DNA of 64,000 nt, from contig JAYZEG010000058.1 in the NCBI GenBank assembly GCA_036337435.1, forward strand, positions 160,001-224,000, written 5' to 3'. The DNA comes from Myxococcota bacterium (GTDB lineage: Bacteria; Myxococcota_A; Bradymonadia; UBA7976; UBA1532). The notes under the pieces were generated by a model that worked only from the letters and a program-made list of their open reading frames with translations, made no database searches and was not told the DNA's origin. A program made the translations under genes and the position numbers. Below, in pieces: positions 19,975-29,524 of the stretch; position 1 is the stretch's first letter; the number at the start of each line of letters is the position of its first letter.

Positions 19975-22110
19975 TTAAAGCAGTGGTGCGATGACCAATG
20001 CGATGACACTCATGAGCTTAACCAAGATGTTCAAGGAGGGACCAGCCGTATCCTTGAATGGGTCACCGACAGTATCGCCAACAACGGCAGCGTCATGCGG
20101 TGGTGTACCCTTTTCCAAAATTTCACCTGTCGAGGTCTTGAAACCGCCTCCCTCGAAAGACTTCTTGGCATTGTCCCAAGCACCGCCTGCGTTTGACATG
20201 AAAATGGCCATCAGGACACCACAGACGGTGACGCCTGCGAGCAAACCGCCCAATGCGTACTTGTCGACACCAAAGCCGATTGCCACCGGTGCGATCACAG
20301 CGATCATGCCGGGCAAAACCATTTCCTTAATGGCTGCATTGGTTGAGATGGCAACACAAGTCGCTGAATCAGGATCTGCCTCGCCCTCTTTAAGTCCGGG
20401 AATCTCACGGAATTGGCGTCGTACTTCTTCGATCATGTCCATTGCGGCATTACCAACCGCCTTCATGGCCAGCGACGAGAATAAGAAAGGTAACATACCA
20501 CCGATGAAAATACCGGCCATGACCTTCGGTTCTGTCAGGTCGATAGACTCGATTCCTGCTGTCAGCTTGAAGGCAGCAAACAGCGCAAGGGCTGTCATTG
20601 CCGCACTTGCAATGGCAAAACCTTTACCGATTGCAGCCGTCGTGTTCCCTACAGCATCGAGCTTATCTGTTCGTTCGCGGACGATAGGCTCTTGATGTGA
20701 CATTTCCGCAATACCACCGGCGTTATCGGCAATCGGTCCATAGGCGTCTACCGCCAATTGAATGCCGGTGGTCGACAACATACCCAATGCAGCGATCGCA
20801 ACGCCGTACAGACCGGCAACTGCATGAGTCGACATCACGCCGACTGCGATGAGAATCATCGGTACCGCCGTCGATTCCATTCCAACTGCAAGGCCCGCGA
20901 TGATGTTTGTTGCCTCACCCGTTTTTGACTGTTCAGCGATACTATTGACGGGCTTTTTACCCATGGAGCAGTAGTACGATGTGATCATACCAACGAAGAC
21001 ACCAATGGCGAGCCCGATGACTGTCGCCGTTCCAATCTGCCACCAAACCACAGTCTTTCCTGCAGCAACAAGACCCTCGGCCGGCCACATGACGTTTGCG
21101 ATGCCAAAAGTAGCACCGGCCATAACGAAGGCTGCGCCAAAAGCACCAAAATCGAGTGCATGCTGAATTTTCGTGGTGTCGGCATCATCGCTTGCACGCA
21201 CAAAGAACGTACCGACAATCGAACAGATAATACCGCATGCAGCGATGACCAATGGCAGGAGAACAGGAATCACGCTGAGCTCGCCCTTACCAGATGCAAC
21301 GACTGTCGTGAAACCGAGAGCGAGGACCATCGTACCGATAATGGCACCGACGTAGGATTCAAACAGGTCAGCACCCATGCCGGCAACATCACCCACATTG
21401 TCGCCAACATTGTCAGCGATGACCGCCGGGTTGTTGGGACTGTCTTCTGGAAGACCTTGCTCCACTTTACCGACTAGGTCAGCACCCACGTCAGCCGCCT
21501 TCGTGTAGATACCGCCACCGACGCGTGCGAAGAGTGCGATTGACGATGCACCCATGGAGAATCCAGCGAGGACGTTCAGTGTTGTCTTCATGCCGGCTTC
21601 CTTGACTGTCGCAGCCAATCCTGTGCCGCTAACGGCATCAAACATACCTGTATAAACGAGGTAGAGAACACCAAGACCAACAAGCGCGAGGCCGACAACA
21701 GACATGCCCATGACCGTCCCGCCATTAAACGCAACCTTGAGTGCCGCGGGTAGACTCTTCGCTGCTGCCGCCGTCGTCCGAACGTTTGCCTTCGTCGCAA
21801 CGTTCATACCGACCCAGCCCGCTAGACCACTGGCGATAGCACCGATGACAAACGAGAGTGCAATAATCGGACTCTGGTTGTCTCCACTGGAGTTTGCCCA
21901 AGCGAGAAGTCCAGCGACGACGATCACGAAGAGGGCCAGAACTTTATATTCTGCCTTCAAAAAGGCCATCGCTCCGTCTTGAATGCTGGCGGCAATGCGC
22001 TTCATGTTGTCGCTGCCAGCGTCTTCTTTACTGACGCTTGATGCCTTTATAAAGGCAAAAACCAGCGCGAGCGCACCAGCGGCTGGAGCGCCGTAGATCA
22101 GATATTCCAT
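19975..22110 (-). CDS. hppA: K+-dependent, probably Na+-translocating membrane pyrophosphatase
   Basis: [34 protein letters not shown] (K+-dependent Ala), DLFESY; start set at MEYLIYG. Confidence 0.95.
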   Translation of the reverse strand: MEYLIYGAPAAGALALVFAFIKASSVSKEDAGSDNMKRIAASIQDGAMAFLKAEYKVLALFVIVVAGLLAWANSSGDNQSPIIALSFVIGAIASGLAGWVGMNVATKANVRTTAAAAKSLPAALKVAFNGGTVMGMSVVGLALVGLGVLYLVYTGMFDAVSGTGLAATVKEAGMKTTLNVLAGFSMGASSIALFARVGGGIYTKAADVGADLVGKVEQGLPEDSPNNPAVIADNVGDNVGDVAGMGADLFESYVGAIIGTMVLALGFTTVVASGKGELSVIPVLLPLVIAACGIICSIVGTFFVRASDDADTTKIQHALDFGAFGAAFVMAGATFGIANVMWPAEGLVAAGKTVVWWQIGTATVIGLAIGVFVGMITSYYCSMGKKPVNSIAEQSKTGEATNIIAGLAVGMESTAVPMILIAVGVMSTHAVAGLYGVAIAALGMLSTTGIQLAVDAYGPIADNAGGIAEMSHQEPIVRERTDKLDAVGNTTAAIGKGFAIASAAMTALALFAAFKLTAGIESIDLTEPKVMAGIFIGGMLPFLFSSLAMKAVGNAAMDMIEEVRRQFREIPGLKEGEADPDSATCVAISTNAAIKEMVLPGMIAVIAPVAIGFGVDKYALGGLLAGVTVCGVLMAIFMSNAGGAWDNAKKSFEGGGFKTSTGEILEKGTPPHDAAVVGDTVGDPFKDTAGPSLNILVKLMSVIALVIAPLL

Positions 22111-22252
22111 TTGAATCTCCTGCCCACCTACTTGGGCCGAAATGTTGTCTTTACTTCTGATGTCACGACCAATGAACATCTATTTTCTGTAAATTAGTAT
22201 CGGTGACCCGGTCGCGGCCGCCCTTGTTTTCTTTTAGTCGCCCTGGGTCAAA

Positions 22253-22822
22253 TTACGTCCCATTGACATGATTCATCGCACCCCGAGTTCCATCTAACAC
22301 CGCCGATTCAACAGCCTGACTTCCTCGGTCAATAAAATCACCCAGCCAGTCTTTTTCGTCTCCCGCCGAAAACTGGGCTAATACGTAGTTGGACACGCTG
22401 CCTTTCTGGGGCCGCCCAATACCCATTCGAAGCCGATGGTATTGATTTGAGCCCAATTCACCATGGATTGAACGCAATCCATTGTGGCCCGCATGTCCAC
22501 CACCCACCTTGAGCCGAATGGTCCCGAAAGCCAAGTCGAGCTCATCATGAATCACCAAAATGTCTTCAACCAGTACATCGAAGTACCGACTCATCGGAGC
22601 AACGCAGCGACCACTCAAATTCATGAATGTCTCAGGTTTTACTAAAACGACCGAATGGCCGCCGATGGACCCAGTACCGTAATGGCCATTGAACTTGCGC
22701 CGTGTCATGCCAATCCCTGCACGATTCGCCAACTCATCAATCAACATAAAGCCTACGTTATGACGAGTAGCGACGTATTTAGTGCCTGGATTTCCAAGGC
22801 CGACAATCAATCTCCGTGACAT
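22253..22822 (-). CDS. pth: peptidyl-tRNA hydrolase
   Basis: VGLGNPG, TRHNVGF, KPETFMN.SG, HDELD, GHNGL. Confidence 0.98.
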   Translation of the reverse strand: MSRRLIVGLGNPGTKYVATRHNVGFMLIDELANRAGIGMTRRKFNGHYGTGSIGGHSVVLVKPETFMNLSGRCVAPMSRYFDVLVEDILVIHDELDLAFGTIRLKVGGGHAGHNGLRSIHGELGSNQYHRLRMGIGRPQKGSVSNYVLAQFSAGDEKDWLGDFIDRGSQAVESAVLDGTRGAMNHVNGT

Positions 22823-22888
22823 TCTAAATTCGCTTCCGAACGTCTCTTAGTGATGAGAAATCGAACGCCAGCCGTCAAAGGCTCCCGA

Positions 22889-23500
22889 TTACCCTTCGTC
22901 AGAACCAGCCGCTTGCACTTGACCTGTGTCTTCTTGTTTACCGCGAGGCTTCAGAACCTTCGCAATCACAAAATCCCGCTCAAACAGAATCGAAGCACCC
23001 TCACCAAGTTCAATTTCACTGGCCATGATGGCATCGCCAATCCCGAGTGTCCCGAGGTCGACGGAAATCTCAGCAGGAATTGCTGCAGGTTTCGCACTGA
23101 CCTTAACCTCTCGGTAAGGTGTTCGGAGTCGACCACCCAAACCTACGCCGGGTGACTTACCTGAAAAGTTCACATCGACTGTCGCGACCAAATCGGCATC
23201 TGGATTTGGCGAGACAAGGTCTACGTGCAGAATCCGACGACTGACTGAATCTCGTTGAATTTCCCGAACGAGGACAGTGTGGTTTTCGGTGCCGTCGATA
23301 GAAAAGGAAAATAGGGCGTTGGCGCCTTTTGGATTTTCCAAACATTTGCCCAACTCACGAGGGTCAAGAGTCACAGACTTTGTCTCTGCGACACCGTGTC
23401 CATAAAGGGTTGCTGGAATTTTTCCACTCGCCCTTAATCTACGGTTAGACCCTTTTCCGGAGGTGGTTCTTAGAGTCCCTGTCAATGGTAAGGTTTCCAT
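22889..23500 (-). CDS. rplY: 50S ribosomal protein L25/Ctc
   Basis: GKG..RRLR..GKIPA.LYG, HVDL; position between prs and pth. Confidence 0.93.
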   Translation of the reverse strand: METLPLTGTLRTTSGKGSNRRLRASGKIPATLYGHGVAETKSVTLDPRELGKCLENPKGANALFSFSIDGTENHTVLVREIQRDSVSRRILHVDLVSPNPDADLVATVDVNFSGKSPGVGLGGRLRTPYREVKVSAKPAAIPAEISVDLGTLGIGDAIMASEIELGEGASILFERDFVIAKVLKPRGKQEDTGQVQAAGSDEG

Positions 23501-23533
23501 ACTTTGCGTCCTTACAATACCTGCTCAACACGC

Positions 23534-24472
23534 CTATTCATCGAATAAACTGCTGACCGAATCGAAATCATGTATTCGCCTAATCGCTTCGCCTAAAATA
23601 TCAGCGACCGATAACACGCGAATCTTAGGACATGCCCGACCCGCGCTGCTGAGCGGGACAGTGTCCGAAACTATCACTTCTTCTAAACAACTCTCCGAAA
23701 TCCTTGCGATGGCAGGTCCAGAGAGCACGGGATGTGTTGCACAGCTAAACACCCGTCTCGCACCAAAGTTTTTGAGCGCCTCCGCTGCTTGGACCAGAGT
23801 ACCGCCCGTATCGATCATATCGTCGACCACAATCACGTCGCAGTCTTCAACATCACCAACCAGGTTCATTACCTCGGCCACATTTGGACCTGCTCTTCGC
23901 TTATCCACAATCGCAAGCGATGCATTCAGCTTCTTCGCATAGGCGCGAGCCCGCTCGACACCGCCCGCATCGGGACTAACAATCACGGGCCGAACGAGAT
24001 TCAAGGACTTCAAATACTTCATCATCACAGGTGCGGTGTACAAATGATCCACCGGCCCATTGAAGAATCCCTGAATTTGTCCAGCATGAAGCTCCATCGT
24101 GATCAATCTGTTGACACCTGCGGTCGTCAACAGATCCGTGACCAATCGAGCAGATATCGGTGCCCGAGGTGCCGACTTCCGATCTTGGCGAGCATAGCCG
24201 AAGTACGGAATCACCGCAGACACACTGCCTGCTGATGCCCTCTTCAAAGCATCAACCATGATCAGCAGCTCCATAAGGTTTTCATTGACCGGTGCACACG
24301 TGCTCTGAATGAGGTAGACATCAGCCCCTCGAACCGACTCATCGATTTCAACCCGGATTTCGCCATCCGAGAATCGACCGACTCGTGCGCTGCCTAATTG
24401 CAAACCCAGGTAGTCGCAGATTGAGCGCGCTAACTCAGGGTTTGAATTTCCGGCAAATACGCGGACCGACAT
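23534..24472 (-). CDS. prs: ribose-phosphate pyrophosphokinase
   Basis: FSDGEI, PYFGYARQDR, VSPDAGG, VDDMIDTGGT; start set at MSVRVF. Confidence 0.98.
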   Translation of the reverse strand: MSVRVFAGNSNPELARSICDYLGLQLGSARVGRFSDGEIRVEIDESVRGADVYLIQSTCAPVNENLMELLIMVDALKRASAGSVSAVIPYFGYARQDRKSAPRAPISARLVTDLLTTAGVNRLITMELHAGQIQGFFNGPVDHLYTAPVMMKYLKSLNLVRPVIVSPDAGGVERARAYAKKLNASLAIVDKRRAGPNVAEVMNLVGDVEDCDVIVVDDMIDTGGTLVQAAEALKNFGARRVFSCATHPVLSGPAIARISESCLEEVIVSDTVPLSSAGRACPKIRVLSVADILGEAIRRIHDFDSVSSLFDE

Positions 24473-24492
24473 GTCGAGCCTCCAAAAAAGTG

Positions 24493-24564
24493 CAGGGGCG
24501 GCAGGATTCGAACCTACGATAGCCTGTACCAAAAACAGGAGTCATACCACTAGACCACGCCCCT
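24493..24564 (-). tRNA. tRNA-Gln (TTG), CCA not encoded
   Basis: Acceptor AGGGGCG/CGCCCCT, anticodon arm CCTGT-TTTTGGT-ACAGG, T arm GTAGG-TTCGAAT-CCTGC; canonical position before prs. Confidence 0.95.
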
Positions 24565-24636
24565 ACAGAACCGTAAGCATTCGGAATTATTGCTATAAAA
24601 TAAGCCCGTGTGCTGCGGTCACTGAAAACGAAGGGC

Positions 24637-24665
24637 CATTTACCACGAGTGTTTCAATCTGTCAA
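24637..24665 (-). promoter_or_regulatory. putative promoter of the tRNA-Gln-prs operon
   Basis: Perfect TTGACA with N17 to an imperfect -10 (TAAATG). Confidence 0.4.
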
Positions 24666-24770
24666 TGCTAGCTCATCACTATCTGCATTCTCTATTGTAG
24701 CGTTAATGCACCCAACGTGAGATGAGTAGTGAGGCGACGAATCAGAATGAATGATCCTAAGCAAGTGTAG

Positions 24771-26774
24771 ATGAAACCTGTTCAAGACATCAAAAACATA
24801 GGACTTCTGGTCTGCGTTTATCTGGTTAGCTTCGTCATCATAGTGATTGGTGTTGCCCCAGGCCTGACGTGGCTCGATGCAGGCGAATTAACAGCTGCAA
24901 GTAGCGAACTCGGGATTTCTCACCCCCCAGGCATGCCAGTCTTCGCCATGTTGCATAAAGGAATTATGGCCCTATTTCCATTCGGTGACGCTGCATTTCG
25001 AGGGAATCTTGCGTCGGCGATGCTTGGCGCGGCCAGCTGCTGTCTGATGTTTCGAATTTCATTACGACTGGGTGTCCGAGCCATCGCGGCTGGGGTTGGA
25101 AGTTTACTCGCCATTCTCTCACCGCTCTTCCTCATTCATGCAACAGCAGTCGAAGTGTACACAGGGCTGTTATTGATTACGCTCGCAGCAATGGACCTGA
25201 TGATCGTTGGACACCAAAGCAAAGATCACAGGCTTTGGCTTCTACTCGGCGTGATCTTGGGGCTCGGAGTCGCTGGACACCATGCGGAACTGAGGCTAAT
25301 GGCGTTGGCCAGTACGGCTTATTTATGCACACAAGTTAAATCAAAACGGTTCTGGATTCTCAAAGTGCTGGCCCTTATATCGGGGTCGATAGTGATCTTA
25401 TATTTACCAATACGCTCTCTCCAATCTCCCATGAGAAATTGGGGTGATCCATCAAGCCTGACAACACTTTGGGACCATTTCTGGGGTGCCCGCATCCGTG
25501 TCGCCTACGGAGACCAAATCGGCAACTTGGATTTCGACACGTTGACTCTATTCCTCGAACAATTGGTTCTCAATGCACCACTGCTTGCTGGACTTGGTCT
25601 CGCTGGCTTATTGGTTACGGTACGAAAGAAACATGGGTCGTTCATTGTCGCTGTCTTGGTCATCGACCTGTTCTATTCAATTCTCATCAATCCAATGGGG
25701 GTACGAGACCAACAAAATGGTATTTTGACAGTCGCTTGTCTTGGTATCAGCGCAGCTCTCTTAATTGATTCAATGCTATCGAAATTGAAACACAGCCCGC
25801 TCCTTCGTCCAACGCTCCTTACTGGTATTTGCGTGTCCGGATTGGTTTTTTTCCCAGGCTATCCAAGGGCCGATGACCGCGGACTCGACCAACTCATTGA
25901 AATGACCGCTGACAAAGCACCACCAAGCGCATTGCTTTTTGTGGCCAGCGACCATATGGCGTCGGGCTGGGCATATAAGCAAGTGGTTGAATGCGCTCGT
26001 CCGGATTTGGCTGTGATTGTTCGTCAACATATCGGGTATGAGTCATCCGTTGGCCCAGTCAAGTCACGATTGCCCGAGAGTCTCAGTGGATGGACACCTG
26101 GTGGAAAACTCAAGGATCTAGACCACCTCCGGAGTGGGTGGCCGATTCTATGGGAATGGGCATCTGGACTTGATGCTGCTGCCAGACCCAACCCACTTTT
26201 TCCATCTTTTCCAGTTTTTCAGAATCGCCGAGTCGATGGCGAAAGCTTCGGCAATATGCTCAGGCTTTGGGCGAGACCGCACTTGCAAAGCAGCCAGGTC
26301 GCCATCGATGCCGTCGCACATCTCGCGACGGACTTTGGCGCCTACAGCCTCTCGAAAAAGCAGCACAATGTTGCGCTGGACTATCTCAGGTGGGCAACAG
26401 AACTGGGACCATTGGTGCCGTCGAGATGGACAAATTTAGGGGTCGCACTCAATTCGATGGACCAGATTCAAAGTGCCATTGATGTGACGCGTCATGCGCT
26501 CGATATGAACAGGGGCGACAAGACGGCGATTCGCAACCTCGTGCGGTATTTAAGTAGACTCAAAAAATGGGATGAAGCGGAACGACTGGTCGTTCCCCTA
26601 GTGGACGACAACCCGACCGCCACCGATTATGGGCTTCTCGGAGTTATTCGCGCGAATCAAGGTGATCTGATAAATGCCGAAGTCCATTTCGAACGCGCAC
26701 TTAAATTGAATTCGAATCAACCAGAAGCCAAGATTGGTCTGGAGATCATCCGGCGGAAAAAACGCCTAAAATAA
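24771..26774 (+). CDS. DUF2723/TMEM260-like GT-C membrane glycosyltransferase with C-terminal TPRs
   Basis: 'WLDAGEL..A...LGISHPPG.P', 'AVEVY', 'YLPIRS...P..NWGDP', many TM helices, TPR tail. Confidence 0.85.
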   Translation: MKPVQDIKNIGLLVCVYLVSFVIIVIGVAPGLTWLDAGELTAASSELGISHPPGMPVFAMLHKGIMALFPFGDAAFRGNLASAMLGAASCCLMFRISLRLGVRAIAAGVGSLLAILSPLFLIHATAVEVYTGLLLITLAAMDLMIVGHQSKDHRLWLLLGVILGLGVAGHHAELRLMALASTAYLCTQVKSKRFWILKVLALISGSIVILYLPIRSLQSPMRNWGDPSSLTTLWDHFWGARIRVAYGDQIGNLDFDTLTLFLEQLVLNAPLLAGLGLAGLLVTVRKKHGSFIVAVLVIDLFYSILINPMGVRDQQNGILTVACLGISAALLIDSMLSKLKHSPLLRPTLLTGICVSGLVFFPGYPRADDRGLDQLIEMTADKAPPSALLFVASDHMASGWAYKQVVECARPDLAVIVRQHIGYESSVGPVKSRLPESLSGWTPGGKLKDLDHLRSGWPILWEWASGLDAAARPNPLFPSFPVFQNRRVDGESFGNMLRLWARPHLQSSQVAIDAVAHLATDFGAYSLSKKQHNVALDYLRWATELGPLVPSRWTNLGVALNSMDQIQSAIDVTRHALDMNRGDKTAIRNLVRYLSRLKKWDEAERLVVPLVDDNPTATDYGLLGVIRANQGDLINAEVHFERALKLNSNQPEAKIGLEIIRRKKRLK

Positions 26775-26806
26775 AAAAAGCCCGAACGCAATGTCCGGGC
26801 TTTTTT
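26773..26806. terminator. bidirectional intrinsic terminator
   Basis: A7-GCCCGAAC-GCAAT-GTCCGGGC-T6 between convergent genes. Confidence 0.85.
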
Positions 26807-26837
26807 CCATCCGAAGATGAACTCGCAGTGCGCGCGC

Positions 26838-27122
26838 TTACAGTTTTTCTGTGAGCGTACGCTTCCAACCAGTTGCGACCTTGAAACCAACAGTGTTGCT
26901 TGCTGGAATCGTGATCTTTTCCTTAGTGCTTGGGTTTACACCTTGGCGCTCTGCACGAGCACGGATGTTAAACGTACCAAAACCAGGATAAGTGAACTTA
27001 CCGTCCTTCAAAAGACCAGTGATCTCATTGAAAGTCGTATCGATGATCTCACCCGTAAGCTTACGGCTGAGGTCAAGGTTAGCATTCTCATGAACTGCGT
27101 TGATGAGGTCTTGCTTCTTCAT
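26838..27122 (-). CDS. HU/IHF-family DNA-binding protein
   Basis: MKKQDLI, FTYPGFGTF, R.ER.GVNPST..I.IPA....FK. Confidence 0.92.
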   Translation of the reverse strand: MKKQDLINAVHENANLDLSRKLTGEIIDTTFNEITGLLKDGKFTYPGFGTFNIRARAERQGVNPSTKEKITIPASNTVGFKVATGWKRTLTEKL

Positions 27123-27149
27123 TTTATAATCTCCTCTTCAATCAGTCGA

Positions 27150-27434
27150 TTAGTTAAAAGTGTTCTTCAGGTTCGTCGATGGCTTGAAACCAATAGACGC
27201 TGAAGGACCGATCTGGATCTTAGGCCCGCCGGGGTTTGCAGGGTTGACACCCATGCGCGCGTCGCGAGTCTTGACAGTCCAAGTACCGAATGCTGGATGC
27301 GTGTACTTGTCGCCTGCATTGTTCAACTCGTTGCTGATCGTGTTGAACGTTGCATCAATCACTGTAGAAACCTGCGCTTTTGTCAGGTTTGGATACTTCA
27401 ACGCCACCGCGTCGATAATCTTCTTCTTACTCAT
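27150..27434 (-). CDS. divergent HU/IHF-family DNA-binding protein
   Basis: LTKAQV..VID..F, PAFGTW, R.ARMGVNP, GFKPS. Confidence 0.88.
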   Translation of the reverse strand: MSKKKIIDAVALKYPNLTKAQVSTVIDATFNTISNELNNAGDKYTHPAFGTWTVKTRDARMGVNPANPGGPKIQIGPSASIGFKPSTNLKNTFN

Positions 27435-27492
27435 TACCCTACTTCTCCTACTTTGTATTGAGTTGTAGACAAATGTCCATTTGGGTGGGTGG

Positions 27493-27522
27493 AGAATATC
27501 GACGTATTTTTTTGAGTGTCAA
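27493..27522 (-). promoter_or_regulatory. putative sigma70 promoter of the HU pair
   Basis: TTGACA-N18-TATTCT. Confidence 0.55.
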
Positions 27523-27772
27523 TGAAGAAATTTCAGATTTTTGATTAACGGATCATCCCGTGTTTATCGGGGTTAGCGGGAGATTCTCATAATTTTGCAT
27601 GTTTTTTTGTTACATCTGGATCAATTTCCAAGGCGAAAAACTGAGCCAAACTAAAATCAGAGAGATCTAAGATGTTGAAAATATTATCTTAAACGATATG
27701 TTCAGTTAAAATCATGCAACACCGAGAAAATTCTTCCGAAAGGTCGAATATAAACCTAATTCCGGTGGGTGG

Positions 27773-28474
27773 ATGCATTCATTTTTTAGTCAAATTTTTT
27801 CTATATTTTTTTCGTCAAATTGCCTGAGTTGTGACGAAAATCTGCGCCATTTTGGGTTTTGTCAGTCGTGCTGGCGTAATTTGGAACCTCGGAGTGGTTA
27901 TCGATGTAAGGTCTGCGACGCGTCCATTAGAGGGCCTGTTTTCAATAGTCGCTGCGGTCAATGTCTTGATAAAGCACCACCCTTCGACAAGGTTCATGGT
28001 TTATTCGACTACTCTGGACCGGTCGGGGATGCCATTCGGCACGGTAAATATAGAGACTGCCCCAGGGCAATCTCGATGGTTGCGAAACTGTGTTCACTGG
28101 CCATACGAGACCGAATTGAAATCGCAACATCAATGACCATCGTGCCCATACCAAGTCATTGGATACGCGTCACTCGACAGCAATTTGAACCAACACTGAT
28201 CATCGCACATACGTTGTCCCGCGAACTAAAGCTGCCTATCAACAAAAGCCTTCTAAAACGAGTCGTGTACACGATGCCTCAAGCGGGCATGAACGCTGTT
28301 GATCGATTAAAGAACATGAACGGAGCATTCAGAGCGACCGGTGAATCACCGAAGAGGGTTTTACTGGTCGACGACGTCTACACCACAGGGGCGACCACAA
28401 AGAGCGCAACACGGACACTTAAACAAGCCGGTGCTCGTGAAGTTCAAATTGTCGCTGCAGCCTATGTCACGTAA
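27773..28474 (+). CDS. comF: ComF/GntX family protein (double zinc ribbon + PRTase)
   Basis: Four CxxC pairs; VPIP.H; VLLVDDVYTTGAT. Confidence 0.9.
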   Translation: MHSFFSQIFSIFFSSNCLSCDENLRHFGFCQSCWRNLEPRSGYRCKVCDASIRGPVFNSRCGQCLDKAPPFDKVHGLFDYSGPVGDAIRHGKYRDCPRAISMVAKLCSLAIRDRIEIATSMTIVPIPSHWIRVTRQQFEPTLIIAHTLSRELKLPINKSLLKRVVYTMPQAGMNAVDRLKNMNGAFRATGESPKRVLLVDDVYTTGATTKSATRTLKQAGAREVQIVAAAYVT

Positions 28475-29465
28475 GCTTCAGGTGGCCAGTGGCATGAGTC
28501 AACTCTGCAACGATGACCGTAGCGTATGAACCCGATGGCAATTCAAAGGATGTAAATAAATCGTTTCCCTCGATCTCGAGTTGCAAATTTTTGGGTCGAA
28601 TGCGTGCCACTCGCCGACTGCCTTTACCCAAGCGTCCAAGAGTCTCCCAGTCTTTCGCGGCCAAACCAATATCATCGCGCACGGCTGTTTCTCGTTTGGC
28701 CGCATCTGCGAGTGCCATCTTCATTTTGGGCCCATAAATAGGCCCGGTTGGATCGATTTCTAGGTGGTCGAGCCGCAGCTGTTCAATGTCGGGCGTGTCA
28801 GAAGTAAACAGACCACCCGTCTCTGCCTTCTTAAAAATATCTCCGCAAAGTGCTGTGTGAAAAAGTCCATCGTGCACGCGTCGACCTAACCAGATATTAA
28901 ACAGTGCACCTTGAATGACGCTTGCGGAAAATCGGAGATCCCGTTTCTTACGGCGCGAGCGACGACGCAATTGATTCAGGCTGTGATCTGGGCCATCGGC
29001 GTAGATTCCGAATCTCTGATGACCAAAGTAATTGGGGACACCACGCTCAAGACGACCTAGGAGTGCTTGAACGCACTCCTGAGATGTCTCTTTAAGTCCG
29101 GTCATTCTGATTCGAAAGCGGTTCCCCCTCAGGTGTCCTCGTCGTAATTTATGATTGTGTCTGCTGGTCGAAATTAAGCGAATTCGAGTATCGTCAGGTT
29201 CGATTGGCTCGACTGGCAACGATAACCATTGCGATGTCACAGCCCATTTGTCTTTACGTCCTGCCACCCCGATATCACTCGGCGCACAACCAGATGAACT
29301 TGCAAATGCCTTAACCAATTCCGGGGTCGTCATACCGACTTTCCGGACATGAATGTAAATGTGATCGCCGTCGCCAGACGGTTCATAGGCCGGTATTTCA
29401 TCCACAACAAAATCGTCTGGTTCACCTGTTAAATGACCCCCAAGACCAACCAAATCAGATGTCAA
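28467..29465 (-). CDS. truD: tRNA pseudouridine(13) synthase
   Basis: DFVVDE, AGRKDKWAVT.Q, GNRFRI, PNYFGHQRFG, FELPSGSYAT. Confidence 0.95.
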   Translation of the reverse strand: MTSDLVGLGGHLTGEPDDFVVDEIPAYEPSGDGDHIYIHVRKVGMTTPELVKAFASSSGCAPSDIGVAGRKDKWAVTSQWLSLPVEPIEPDDTRIRLISTSRHNHKLRRGHLRGNRFRIRMTGLKETSQECVQALLGRLERGVPNYFGHQRFGIYADGPDHSLNQLRRRSRRKKRDLRFSASVIQGALFNIWLGRRVHDGLFHTALCGDIFKKAETGGLFTSDTPDIEQLRLDHLEIDPTGPIYGPKMKMALADAAKRETAVRDDIGLAAKDWETLGRLGKGSRRVARIRPKNLQLEIEGNDLFTSFELPSGSYATVIVAELTHATGHLKLT

Positions 29466-29524
29466 GAAGGGGATATTAGGGGAACCTGGCCTGCAATCCC
29501 CGAAGTATTGCTGTTGGACGGGGT

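Noticed and set aside
19991..20695. 234-aa plus-strand ORF and other long antisense ORFs (e.g. 17594-18094, 23732-24235, 56378-57028, 57550-58197)
   Set aside because: They are shadows of well-supported genes on the opposite strand and have no recognisable motifs
22111..22252. Na+-sensing riboswitch upstream of hppA
   Set aside because: Some pairing exists (TGACCC/GGGTCA, GCCCA/TGGGC) but I cannot match it to a known consensus; an Rfam scan is needed
27667..27694. dif-like sequence TTATCTTAAAC within a TAAGAT...ATCTTA inverted repeat in an AT-rich spacer
   Set aside because: It resembles only the XerD arm; there is no XerC arm ending in ATAA at 6-bp spacing
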